A stretch of DNA of 63,788 nucleotides, the filler included, from Cercozoa sp. M6MM (Eukaryota; Protista; Endomyxa: Ascetosporea): NCBI GenBank assembly GCA_040357565.1. It is 12 parts of 12 records of this genome, joined end to end, with 100 filler letters (N's around TTAATTAATTAA, not from the genome) between each part and the next. Parts side by side here need not be neighbours in the genome. Positions count along the whole stretch, not along the records: positions 7,969 to 20,808 come from JBDODJ010000372.1; positions 20,909 to 24,544 come from JBDODJ010001374.1; 10 more parts are not named here. One strand, 5' to 3'. The notes under the pieces were generated by a model. It worked only from the letters and a program-made list of their open reading frames with translations. It did no database searches and was not told where the DNA came from. Positions 11,012 to 23,173 of the stretch are shown here, in pieces. The position numbers and the translations under genes were made by a program. The number at the start of each line of letters is the position of its first letter. The first letter of the stretch is position 1.

Positions 11012-11345
11012 ATTTTTAAATTTTTCGACGAGAGTGCTAAATAGTGCCTGCAGGCGTTGCCTGCGTTGCAACAGAAACTCAGCACTGACACGCGCAGCTC
11101 AGGACAACTGCTGAGCTCAGCACAGTTCGATGGCTACGGACAGTTTGTTGCTCGATCGCAACTCGAGAGAAAATTTCCTTGTGCAGCATTCGCACTTCGT
11201 CCTTCTGTGTGCAGGGACTTTCTGTTATTGTTTTTTCTCAAATACTAGGTACCGTAGGCTTTTGGGGTGAATGCAGTGATATGCTTTTTCGTGCACTGTA
11301 TTTTCGCGCTTTTGCGTTTCTCCTTGATTGACTCGTTGTAGGATA

Positions 11346-13074
11346 ATGAAGCTGCTAGCCGCGTTGCTGTGTGCCTCGGGTGTGGTTGCTCTCAATGAGT
11401 CCGAGATGCAGCGTGTGGGCGAGCAGATCATGCAGCACGCTCAGGAGCTGTCTTCGTCTCATGCTCCGTCGCGCTTCGAGACGCTTGACATGTCGCAGGA
11501 GCTCGAGCGCCGCATGCAGCAGTGCGAGCAGCGCGAGATCTCTGAGAAGTATTTTTCTTCCTTTAACGCAGGGCTAACTCTCATAAGTTTGGTGTACAGC
11601 TGTGTGGAGACGGTGGCGCACGAGCTGAAGCACACGCTGTTCAGCGAGGCCAAGACACGTCAGGGCAAGGAGTTCTTGGTGCCTTCGACGCGCGATTCGC
11701 GTAGCCTTTCTTTTTCGTGCTGCTTTCGCATTGTTTCGCCTTGTTTTGCTTTTTTCGTTTTGCAACTCAATTTTGCTTGATAAAGCTTGATTGCTCTTGA
11801 GTTTACTGAATTTGTTGAGTGAATTTAACTTGATTTTGCTGTGTTTCGCTGTGCTGTGCATTGTTTAAAGTCTGTAACTTGGAGGTGTCGCTGTAGGCGT
11901 GCTGGAGCTGATGGCGGCACGTGAGTTGTCGCAGTTCGCGCAGTCAGAGATGCTGACGACGCTGACGGAGGAGTTCGTGACGCGCAACTCGTACAGCGAC
12001 GAGGCGCGGCGTGCGTCGTCGTACCTGAAGCGCGTGCTGGCGGCACTGCCGGGCGTGCAGATCGAGTCGCACAAGTTCCGCGACGACATGTCGGAGAACG
12101 TCGTGGCCATCCTGCCGGGCACCAAGCCGTCGCTGGCACCAATCGTGTAGCTTTACCCCCACCTCACACACCTCGTTGACTCGCATACCCTCTGGACAGG
12201 ATTGGTTCGCACTACGACTGCCGCAACGTGAACGTGCGCGACAAGACAGGTCGCGCACCGGGCGCCAACGACAACGGCACCGGCGTGGCCATGAACCTCG
12301 CCATCGCAAGTGTGCTGGCGCGCAGCTCGCACCGACTGGAGCGCTCTGTCGAGTTCCACTTCTACTCGGGCGAGGAGCAGGTTCTATCCCCCCTCCCATC
12401 CCGTACCCCGTTTACTCCCACCTCCGTAGGGTCTCTTCGGCTCGCGTGCCCTGGCCAAGGACTACAAGCTCAACGGCGATGAAGTGCACGCTGTACCCTA
12501 CCCTTCTCTAACCCCCTCCTCTTATCCCCACCCCTCGCCCCTCACCCTCCTCGTTCCCAGGCGATCAACGTCGACATGCTGGGCTTCACAGCTGACAAGG
12601 ACGGCGAGATCAAACTTGGCGTGATGAATCAAGCCTACGCAAAGAATCTCGTGCAGTTTGTGTTCGACACTATTCAGCTGGTAGCCACACACACACCCAC
12701 ATACACCCTCTCTTACCCCCCCCCCCCCCGCAGTACATGCCGGGACTCAAGGTCGACTGGTCGCCCGGCTGCTGCTCGGACAACTTCGTACTTTTCCCTC
12801 GATTCATCGTCGTATACTTCTTTACTCCCCCCCCCCCCAGGCGTGGCATGAGCACGGCTATGACACGATCGGATTGTTCGAAAGTGCCGAGCTGGCTACT
12901 GACTACCCGTGTACTCTTCCCTTTCACCCTCCTTGACTTCCTCTACTCCTTGACTTTTTTGCAGGGTACCACCACGTCGAGGACACGGTGGACAAGGTGA
13001 ACCTGTTCCAGTTGGAGGTGTTCGCCCAGGCTGTCATGGCCTGCACCGTCGAGCTCGCCGGTCTTTCGCGCTAG
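11346..13074 (+). CDS. Secreted M28 family zinc aminopeptidase (Lap1/AAP-like)
   Basis: Signal peptide MKLLAALLCASGVVA; motifs GSHYD, APGANDNGTG, SGEEQGLFGS, INVDMLGF, CCSD, YHHVEDTVDKVN; stop TAG 13072-13074. Confidence 0.9.
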
Positions 13075-13444
13075 AGCACTACTACACACAGCAGTTTGAG
13101 CTGCAGTTTGAGCTCGAGTCTAGTTTGCGTTTAATTAAGGGCACGCGATGTCCGGCCCGTGCAAGCTTTCGTTAATTTTCGCGACAAGGCGAGGACTGGC
13201 GTGGTAGTTTGGTCGTTTCTGGAAAGTAGGTGTTACAATGCAGAGCGCAGGCCAAGCTGCTAGAGAGTCCCTGAAACTCCAGGAGATGCCCAGCCAGATA
13301 CAGTGTGTCCCCGCAGTGGCTGTTCTCGTCTCTGCAAGGTTGCTCAAACCGTCGGTGAGCGAGTTCTCTCGCTCTTTCAGAAAAACATGGCATGCGTTTT
13401 GTTTTAACTCCACGTGCGTCTCGTTACACCTGAAAAAGAGCACA

Positions 13445-16400
13445 ATGTTTCTCCTTTACCGTAATAGTACAGTCTACAGTCAGTCAACGTGCCTGCGCGG
13501 ATGCGTTTACTGAGCTCTTCTGGTCGCTGTGTCGACCAGTAAATTTAATGTTGCACAAGCACGCAATGTCACTTTCGACCTGCCACTGCGCGGCGAGTGT
13601 GTGACCGCGTGTCAGAACAAGTACGACACAGCAGAGTCGACAGAGCAGTACGAGCGACTTGGCACAGTGGACTGCGACGCCGTGTTTTTGACTGTAAAAC
13701 AGAATCCAAGCTGGGGACTTGTGCCGGGAAAATACAGGCTGTTTTGTGCGCTTAAACAGAGCAGTTGCCGCTTCCCTCTGGAGACAAACAATGCGAGTGC
13801 AGATGCCATTGAGTTGGCCATGCAGAGTGCCGGCCTATCTGCTAAGCTCAGTTTCGCCGAAACCGATGCTGCAACCAGCATCGCGCTTAAACGGGTATTG
13901 TGCTTGAACCGCAAGCAATTAGTCAGCGCATATTTCGTGTCTACGTGTGCGTTGTGCAGACTCCAGTGCACGAGTCTTACGTGACAGTGAGTGGAATCGA
14001 CTTGAGTGTCAAACTCAACCAAAATGAGCCACTCGGCGTTTTCGCTTTTGATGTAAACCTGTCTTTTGGTGAATTGAAAGAAGTTATGTTGAGGACACTG
14101 TACTGGTGGTTGCAGGACTTGGTGTCATCAGTGAGTTTCACCACTGGAATTGCTCCGATGGACGAGGTTCGCATGCCGCAGGTAGGTTCTGAGTTCGCTT
14201 CTTACTTTACACTGTCAAGTGAACGTAAATTTACACTCATGTTTCATTAGCTGCGACGAGGCGCTGTTGACATTCGGGCACCGCTGCAGCGCGCAGAACT
14301 GTCGGGACATTCCATTGCGCTGGGGAGTACCGTCAATGAGGTGAAGCATTGAAACAAGATTTGGGTTGGATCGTTCTATACGGGACTGTCTGGTGAATAG
14401 AGCTTGAAACTCGACTTGTCCAGCGCGGAAACCTTTCGTGTCTGGCGACCCTACGGCCGGCAGAACGTACTACTTACTTCAGTCGGTTGCTTACTGTCTT
14501 TTAGTTGTCGCCCTCCTAGGTGTCAGTGCCAGTGTCGACGATCGCAGTGCCTCCTCGCGCTGGTGTCTTGTCCTTCATCGAACTGAGTATGCACACATTT
14601 GCGACGTCCGACCCTGGTGTATGCTTCCTTTTTCTCTCATTTATGTGTTCAGCTTTGGTTAAATGTCCTGGGTACAGTTGGGTAGTCTGCTGAAGACAAC
14701 GTTCTGTGCCTCAAGTCTCCGTCTGTCGTCGCGCCTGCAAGTCAAGATCGTTCTGGACAACATCGACGTTCTGCCCTCTGGCATGCCGGATACTGTACAC
14801 TCTTCAGCTTAGTTGCACACCTGGAACAACTCTAAGTTATGGTATGATTAGGCCTACACGAGTGATATGCAAAGCGGTCTGAAGTGTTTGATGACACGTG
14901 TGTCAGCCGATGCCACCGAGTACGCTGAGGTGCACGTCGAATTGAAGGTACAGGACAGCGTCCAACTGTTGCTGTGTTTTTAACTTTATGCTTGCGTACT
15001 GTGTATACGTAGCAAACGATGTCAGATCCGTACTGGCCCAGCAAAGACGTTCTCATAGCGTGGAAGGATTTCTTCGAGGGCACCTTCCTGCAACCGCTGG
15101 AGTCGCTGAATCCTATTTCTGCTCATGTACTCTTTCACGCCCTTCCAGTTCTTACTTATTAACCTGAGCTCCATTCATGCACAGGTCAGTTTGGTCAATC
15201 TGCCGCCCGGAACTCGTGTCGTATTGGACAACGTGCGCGAGTTCGAGCGACTCCGCGTGTCCTACGCAACGAAAGACACTGAAGTTTGGTACCTGGCGCT
15301 AGTTTCCTCACAAACCAACCTTCATCGCACTTTGCAGGCCAGACGTATCGGCGAACGAACTGACCGGTTTCGTTTCGGCCAGCAGTGCCACATTTATCAA
15401 AGAACTCGACGTCCAGGGGCACTTGTACATTTTGGCTTGAGTTTCCTTCTCTGTCGTTCTTGATTGTTCTTGCAGCAAACAGATGGCCAACGGCCACCCG
15501 AGCTTTGACGTTCGTCTTTGCAGCGTGGAGTGTACGATTTCTCTTTCAGTTTAATCTTACACCTTTCTCTCTGCAACTAAAGTTGATATGTGCAGTTGCC
15601 ATGTGGGACGTCGACCTCGCGACGCCAACTGACGGTGCTGACATATGTCTGCTGTTGGCCACCATGTTTGAATCGTTCGACGATGTGCTTCATGTGCCTG
15701 ACTTTAAGGACGAAACTTGCAATGCGACCTGTAAGTTGACTGTCATATCTGGAGTGCCTCAGTTTTGGTGTGATCATTTCACTGTACATGTTGCAAGCTC
15801 AGACTGGACAGAGTTTGCACAACGCACTGTGAATGATCTGGAACGACGCAACTGTCGTGCCAAGTTCCACAGCGCATCGTATTTTGCCCTTTCAACCAAG
15901 ACATATTTCTTTGCTCGCTCAAAAATGGTTTCCGCGCGGATGCAGTGGACTCGTGCACACGATGTCGCCAACTGTGTCGGCGAAGCTTTTTGTTCGTCGC
16001 TCAGAAAACGAGCCTTACGTAAGCTTTATCTTGCAATTCACAACTGAAAAACTGAACAGTTTGATAATTGAAATATTTGTAACTGCAGATCTCGCTGAGT
16101 TTGATACGATACTACTTCGACGAGCGACGAAACGAGTTCACCTACAAATCGATCGACTCTAACGTAAATTGACTTTGTCTCATAACTACTTTTGAATTTT
16201 TTGCTTCAGTTGTTGCCACTCTACATATCGTTTCTGATCATGATCAGATCGCCGGTGACTTGGAGTGTCGCTTCACCCTGCATGAGCCGGAGACAGGCTA
16301 CCTTGCACAGCAAGTTGTTCCTTTCAACACCTCAACGGTAGCTTCAGCTTCTTGTCTCCTTTTTGGGCAGATATTGAGGGTAGTACTGTTGTGCAGAGAC

Positions 16401-17676
16401 TCTGCAAAGTTGAGTTTCCCTTGCTGAGTGAGTTGGTTTCTGCCGTCGACTTCTCCATCGACCTGCGCAACTCGACTGCTGATGTACATTTTCACAGAAA
16501 CAATTGATCTAACATCATATATATCTCGTTGTAGGGCGAATTCGCACTGCTGTACCGAAACCAGGTGGAGCGAAGCGTTGCCTCGGCGAGACCTCGATGT
16601 TCGACGCAGCAGCGATGTAAACATGTCCTTTCGACACACGTTTCTTCTTTGATTCTTCCGGTGTGCTAATCGTAGATTATTGACGAGTATATTGTGGAAG
16701 ACGATTCGATCATTTTCGCTATTCCGCCTTACGAGATTGCCAACTGGCCGTACTACTCGGTATGTCTTTCTGTCTTTGTTTGAACGATTCTTGAGAAAGA
16801 AAATCCTTGCAGAACCGTGCTCCGTTTTTGGCACCGTTTGACGACGTTCTGCACGTGATCAAGGAGGCAATGTCACCTGCTTTGTTGCAAGCGCTCGAGG
16901 TGACCAGTTTTAACCTTTGTTATAGTGAGCACAGTAAATTTAGACTTACTTTGCTCAGGTGGATGTGCACCTTCCGGGTGGCAGCATCGTTACCCTGCAG
17001 CCCGAACAGTGTGAGTGCACATTCTAAGTTTAGTTGCTCTTTCAGTTTATAAAAATATGTCGGCGGGACTGTGACTTTTGCACAGGCGGACAACCCAGAT
17101 GAAACCTTCGCTGGTCGTTTCTGCTTCTACCAGGTCCGTTTGATTTTGTTCCAATATACTGGAGTGCTAGTTAACTCCTGTCTGACTCAGTTACTGTCTC
17201 GACACGGCCTCGATCTGACCGGATCTCACGAAAGGCAATCTAAACTTACTGTATGGTCGATTGATTTTAATGTGAGTCAACTCTTTTCTTTGTGCAGTCT
17301 GTGCGACACGAACACCGGCGGCAACAAGTTGGTGCTTCACATGCCGAATCTGCACGAACTGTCAACGCTCAGCGGAGGCGCTGTCGATGTTCCCGTCACT
17401 TCGGCTGTCACCCAGTACCACCGGTGTCATTGTACCAAAACTATCTCATGGTTTGCCTGTGGTGCTCAGTCTTCATGTTGTCTGTCCCGAGCGTCCGCGC
17501 TACGAAATTCCGGTGGTTTTCGAGCCAACCACCACGCCTGGCTGTTCCTGGTACACACGGAACTTGTGGACACTGACAGTTCTACTTTAGTACCACACTT
17601 GTTGCAGGCGATGACAATCCGAATGGTGTGGCACACACCACGATATCGTGGCTGGCGGTGTCACTCCTCGGTCTGA
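13445..17676 (+). CDS. Large intron-rich hypothetical protein (one or more genes)
   Basis: Regular alternation of short open segments and 45-60-nt T-rich GT..AG introns on the + strand. No family recognised; boundaries approximate. Confidence 0.4.
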
Positions 17677-18052
17677 GTGCCAGCCTGGTCTATTAGGTTT
17701 AAACTGACTTGCGATGACGTTATGCCGTACTTTGCTCGCGCCCACGGAAGTTACGATACGATAGCACTATAAATTTAGTTTTCGAGTTAAACACTACTCG
17801 ACTGTAAATTTACTACAAATCGAAAGTTGTGGATTAAACGGCAATTCAGTACGACCCAAATGAGTGGCCGGAAGCTCTAATTGAAGTTTGTGGTGTCGAG
17901 CGAGCATCCTTGATTGGACCGGCACGTCACGCCAAACAGCGATGAATCTCCCAGATCAACAAGTTCGTTTGCCTGTGTTTTTACGTGACCCTGGTATTGT
18001 GGAGTAGCGTGTAACGTATAGAGCGCAACCAGACGAGGTCGGCAAAAGCGTG

Positions 18053-20808
18053 ATGTCAAACAACGAAGAGGCGTAACGCACCCTCATTTCGGTCCAGAGA
18101 AATACAGGAACTAAAATTAACTGAGAGTAAGTTTACATTCATCTTAGGCTTCCAGCTGGGTCGGAAGGGTCATCTCGACGTCATCGCGAGCGATGGAGCG
18201 GCCGTGCAGTATGTTTTTATACAGTTTCAAAAGGAAACTGAGTTGAGTTGTGGCTCACTGTGCAGATCTTCGTTCTCGCAGCAGCGAGTAGCGCCATTGG
18301 ACTTGGCAACTTGTGGGTACAGCACAGCGCTGTCAATCTCAGTTTCAGTTCTTGTCGCCGCTTTGCACAACTGTCGTTTTTCAGAGATTTCCGATGTTGG
18401 CTTTTCGTCATGGCGGCGGTGCCTTCCTCGTGCCGTACTTCCTCGCTCTCGTGTTCATTGGCGTTCCCATCTTTGTGCTCGAGCTCGCTTTGGTATTTTC
18501 TTTCTTTTATTAATATTGCCAGTAAATGTAGTGTAATATAATTTGGACAGGGACAAGTCTCGCAAAGTGGAGACATCATCTCGTTCGGCTCTCTGCACAA
18601 ACGGTACCGTTCTTTGCTTTCCTTTGTTGCTGGAGTTGTTTCAGTTGTCTTGTTCGTTCTTCTACCGAACTCTGCAGTTTCCGAGGAATCGGGTTGTCCT
18701 CAGTGTTGGGCGCTTTCTTCGTGGTCACTTACTACAGTTGCATCATCGCGTGGTGTCTCGTGTACGCAGCTCACTGCTTCAGTTCGACTCTTCCGTGGGT
18801 AGGCGTTCTTCTGCACAGTCACTATCAATATAGTTGAAAGTATCCAGGCACCTGTCAACGAAGAAACATCGTTGAAGGCAGCAGCAGGAGAATTCTTTGT
18901 CAAAGTGACTGGTGCCAAAGGCCTCGACGCTGCCAATGTAAGCTTTTCACTTTCGCTTTTCTTCAGTTCCCATCCCTGTACATATTAATGAAAGGGCTCC
19001 ATAAACTGGGAGTCAATCGTTGCTTTGGCTGTGGTATGGATCACCATGGTTGTCTGCATCATTGGCGGCGTCAAATCTGTGGGTCGAGCCATCTACGTCA
19101 CTGGTGAACTCACACTATTCTGCATCTCTTTCTTTTTTGTGCTGTACTGTCACGTGTCTTGCCAGGACTGGTGCCACTCGTGACTCTGTGCGTGTTGGTC
19201 GCACGAGGAGCCACACTGAGTGGAGCAAGTGAAGGTATAGTCTTCAATATAATCCAACACTGTATCCATAGTGTATATTTTAATTTTAAAATTCAGGAAT
19301 AACTCAATTCATCGGTCGTTTCGAACTGGAGGAACTGCAGAAAGGCTCAGCTTGGAGTGATGCCTGCGGACAGATATTCTTCTCGCTCGGTGTTACTTTT
19401 GGCATAATGACCTGCTACTCTTCGGTATTGTTTCGAACAAGTACAATAATCATGACGAATATCATGACCATTTTAATGACGTTAAATCTAGTACAATCGT
19501 CGTCGCCAAAACCTCGTTGTTGATGCATGTATTTTGGTTTTAACTGAAGTGAAAGTGAGGTGGAATTGAAGTTGAATTGGCCAAATTCAATACCTGAGAA
19601 AACAGGTGCCGTGGCCTTCTTGGACTCGATTTTCGTGTCGCTTTTGGCCGGATTCGCCGTGTTCTCAACGCTAGGCTTTTTGGCACAGGAGACTGACACT
19701 GCGTGAATTGGTTCTTTTAATGTACAGACTACCTCTTGTATTTTTGTTTGTGTTGCCAGAATCGAAAACTTGCCAGTTGGCGGTCTTTCATTGGTAAAGC
19801 GTGTTTGTTCAGTTGCCTATTTAGTTGACTGTAAGTTCTTGTAGGCGTTTATGACCTACCCAGTTGCATTGGCAAAATTACCAGCTCCTCAGGTATTTAC
19901 TTCCTGTTTTCTCTTTCACCAGTCGTCTCAGAATGTGTTCAGTTCTTCTGCCTGCTGTTCTTTCTGACGCTGTTCTTGCTGGGTGTTGACTCTGCCTTCT
20001 CCATGGTCGAAGGTGTGTTCAGTCTCTTAATAAGCTGAAGCCACTTTTTCGAATAACTGAGTCACGCAGCTGTCTGCACGGCCATCCAGGACTCCACGAC
20101 CTTCAAGCGCGTGCCTCGTCGACGTGTTGTTTTGGTAGTCAACTTTAACTCGTGTATTTGTTTAATAAATTGTACATTGAACTTACTTTCTGTAGGCGGT
20201 GAGTGCACTGGGTTTTGCGATCAGTCTCATCTTCATCACGGACTTTGGACTCTACCTGCTGGATTGCACTGGTACAGTTTCAGGTTTTTTAAAGCTCGAA
20301 TTGTAATGTTGATGTTGGATGGATCAGATGCCTTCATCAACACGCCCGGGATGATCTTCATCGGCTTTCTCGAAACACTTGCGTAATCAGTATTGATTTA
20401 AATACCTTCAGCTCGTATCACGTGGCTATGTGAACTCAGCGTGAACTTGTATCACGTGCGCGAATGGCGAGCACTCGTTGGCGATCTCGTCGTGTGTCTG
20501 TCGTTGGGTAAACTTGTATCCTGGTAGGGTTATTACGACCAAACTGCATCTGTTGTATCCAACAGGCAGTTGGACATTTGGGTGTGCACTCGGCGCAGTG
20601 ATTGCTTTCACTGTCGGCGGTGATTGGTACTTTTGCTTTCTTGAGACTAAAAACAGTGTGTGAATTGTTTATCGTAGGGGCATTGCACTGGGTGCTAGTG
20701 TCGGAGCAGTCAGCATGCTATCGGGTCAGTGGGCATCCATGTACATGGTGCGACGAGACACACGGCCACACTGTGACTGGCGACGCGCCTTCCACCTTGC
20801 TGTACCCT
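18053..20808 (+). CDS. SLC6/SNF sodium:neurotransmitter or amino-acid symporter (3' truncated)
   Basis: [22 protein letters not shown]|[82 protein letters not shown]. Confidence 0.95.
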
Positions 20809-20908
20809 NNNNNNNNNNNNNNNNNNNNNNNNNNNNNNNNNNNNNNNNNNNNTTAATTAATTAANNNNNNNNNNNNNNNNNNNNNNNNNNNNNNNNNNNN
20901 NNNNNNNN

Positions 20909-22565
20909 CATCGCGTCCAGCAAGCGAGACCAGCGCTGCTTTGCTTCCATTTTGATGCAGTTCATGAACCTACCAGAAGCGGAAACACGTTTTTTGAACA
21001 GTCTACATTTCATGATGTTGCAGTAAACTTACCACTGGAGTGCCTTGATTGCCAAGCAAACATCAGAAGGCGTGCGGGCGGACTGTAGTGCGTTCATTCG
21101 TCTTGAGTATCGCTTGCCGACGCTGTGCATACCCTCAGCGCTGTTGATGTGCACCAGTTGGCCATCCGCGGCAGTTCGCGAAAATGTGCTGCCATAAATC
21201 GAACCCCCAGATACAACAGCAAGATGTTGTTGACCTAGTAGAATATGCTGTACCTGATTGAGGAGTGGTTGCACTGGTAATGCTGCATGCCAACAAGAGA
21301 CGTAGACTCGGAGTAGGCTCGCCATTTGTCGGTCTAGCAAACAAACTACAACTTACAATACAAATCGGTGTTTAATCGATACCTGTATGATGGTTTTGGG
21401 TTCAATGTGCTGGCGCACATGCCGTCCAATCGTGTCACTGTCGCGCTTTGGCACAAGCGTCCAGCGAACTTCTTCGACCTCGCGTTTTTTCGTCCCGTTG
21501 TCGCGCGTCGTCTGTGCAACAACATGACATCGCGTATATGCAAACGCGGAAAAGACTGGGGCATGTGCGTACCTCCGACACTTCCGTGAAAGTGAGTACC
21601 CACATTGTTCCAGCCAGGCGACCACGGTGACCGATGTGAAACTTTGGCTGCCCCACACCCATCTCATCAACCTAAATGTAAAGTAATACCTGGTTACGCA
21701 TGTAAGTACTGAATGAAAGCTAAAGTGTGGTATCCTATACCTCGGTGAGACCACTCATTTTCTTTTGCTTCTCGCGTGCCACTTCTGCCATGTACATCAC
21801 TTGAAACACGTGCTTCTTGACGCTGCGAATGAAGTCTTTGCCGAGCCCAGTTTCGTCTTGAATTTCACTCACACGGCGCTTTCGGCAGACGCACTGGACA
21901 ACTCGGAGTACTTCGTGGAGTTGCTTGCGGTGGGGAGCGAAGAAGTTCGGAATGCCACAATCACGCAGCTGCTTTTCTCTATCGCAGACATGCATACTAT
22001 TCGACGACAATGTCAAGGCAAATGCATTAAATACCGTTTGCACTTGTCACAAACAAAAGCAACACGAAAGACAGCACTTTGGGGCAGCAACACTGTCGAC
22101 ATCGACTCAGCAAATTGTTGCTTTTTCTTCAAAAACTTCTTGAACGTCGTGAGTTTTCCAAGCGCCACAAAGTCTTGCAGTGACGGATGGAACCAGCGTG
22201 TTCCGAGCTTGGTACTGGAAGAACTCGCGCTGTGATGAGCATGTGCTCTCCCTGCACTCTCTAAACAAGCATCAAAGAGCACATTTTAAGTACGCGAGTA
22301 AGCTAAATACACAGCCCCAAGCACAAGCAAGAACAATACACACCAACACCCATACACGCGTTTGTCAATTACCATTCAACAGCTTCACTCGCACTCGCAT
22401 GTTGTTTTTCGAGTGACCGCGGCAGCAGGTGGGCCACCGTCCTGCATTTGGACCGAAAAAACGCTCTAACACGAAAGGAAATAACGACCCATCGTTCGGA
22501 AAGGCTCTGTCGAACGTAAAACGGTCGAAAAAGTCGTCCAACTGCTGTAAACAACGCGTAGACAT
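20909..22565 (-). CDS. Merlin / IS1595(ISXO2)-like DDE transposase, at least 8 exons, 3' truncated
   Basis: Seven GT-AG introns splice in frame to give: RAFPND..RWPTCC..VCDKCKR (IS1595-type Zn ribbon), VSEIQDETGLGKDFIRS (HTH-like), GLTE|VDEMGVGQPKFHIGHRGR..MWV, LVPKRDSDTIGRHVRQHIEPKTIIQ|TDKWRAY, HYQCNHS, HINSAEGMHSVGKR, LQ|WFMN..RWSRLLDAM. The D-D-E triad is intact. The true start may lie further upstream. Confidence 0.88.
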
Positions 22566-22760
22566 GACAAAAAAAAGGGTACTCTCTCAGGCAAAAATAA
22601 CTGAAAAATCGCAAAAAATCAGAAAAATGCTCAGACGTACATTCTGAGCCCGTCTTAAAAGTACTAGAATGAGTTAAATTCTTAACAGGCAACATGTTAG
22701 ACACACTAAACAGTCAATCTGTGCAGGAAACAGATCCGACAATATCCTAGAACCGCATCA

Positions 22761-22990
22761 ACTTCTAGAAGTAATTTTATTTAATTTGACTACTTCTAGA
22801 AGTAAATTCTTCAGACCTGACTTCTAGAAGTAATTTTCAGATTTGACAACTTCTAGAAGTAATTTCCGACTTTGACTACTTCTAGAAGTAATATACTTGA
22901 GCTTAATACTTCTAGAAATTAACCTACTTCTAGAAAAATTGGCAAATTACTAAGACCCCTTACTTCTAGAAGTAACTTACTTCTAGAAGC
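22761..22990. repeat. Array of nine 12-bp palindromes ACTTCTAGAAGT with AT-rich spacers
   Basis: Copies start at 22761, 22792, 22820, 22849, 22878, 22908, 22926, 22962 and 22979. Six are perfect; three differ in the last 1-2 nt. The first five periods are 28-31 bp. Confidence 0.95.
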
Positions 22991-23173
22991 GTACCCGACG
23001 GGGAGAATAGTGTTCGTTTCAATAATTAAATTTGATTCGATAGTAGTACAGCTGGTTACTCGCGTGGATCGGACAGCGCGACGATGCACAAGTTGGACGC
23101 GTCTTGCCCTTGACACGTGCAAAAGCGCGACATCGCACCGACAGAGACGTAGGCACACACAGAGAGGGGCAGC

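Larger units (their letters stand above)
20909..22996 (-). mobile_element. Putative Merlin-superfamily DNA transposon (5' end present, 3' end lost in contig break)
   Basis: Transposase plus an upstream palindrome array that ends at 5'-GGGTACGC on the minus strand (22996). Merlin termini begin with GG. The partner TIR and the TSD are not visible. Confidence 0.65.

Noticed and set aside
12255-12290. GANDNG instead of GADDD as an inactivating change in the M28 peptidase
   Set aside because: GANDN is a common M28 variant that keeps the zinc-bridging Asp, and the other ligands are present.
22761-22990. CRISPR array
   Set aside because: The repeat is only 12 bp, spacers are 5-24 nt and resemble each other, there are no cas genes, and the context is eukaryotic. 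A transposon subterminal repeat explains it better.
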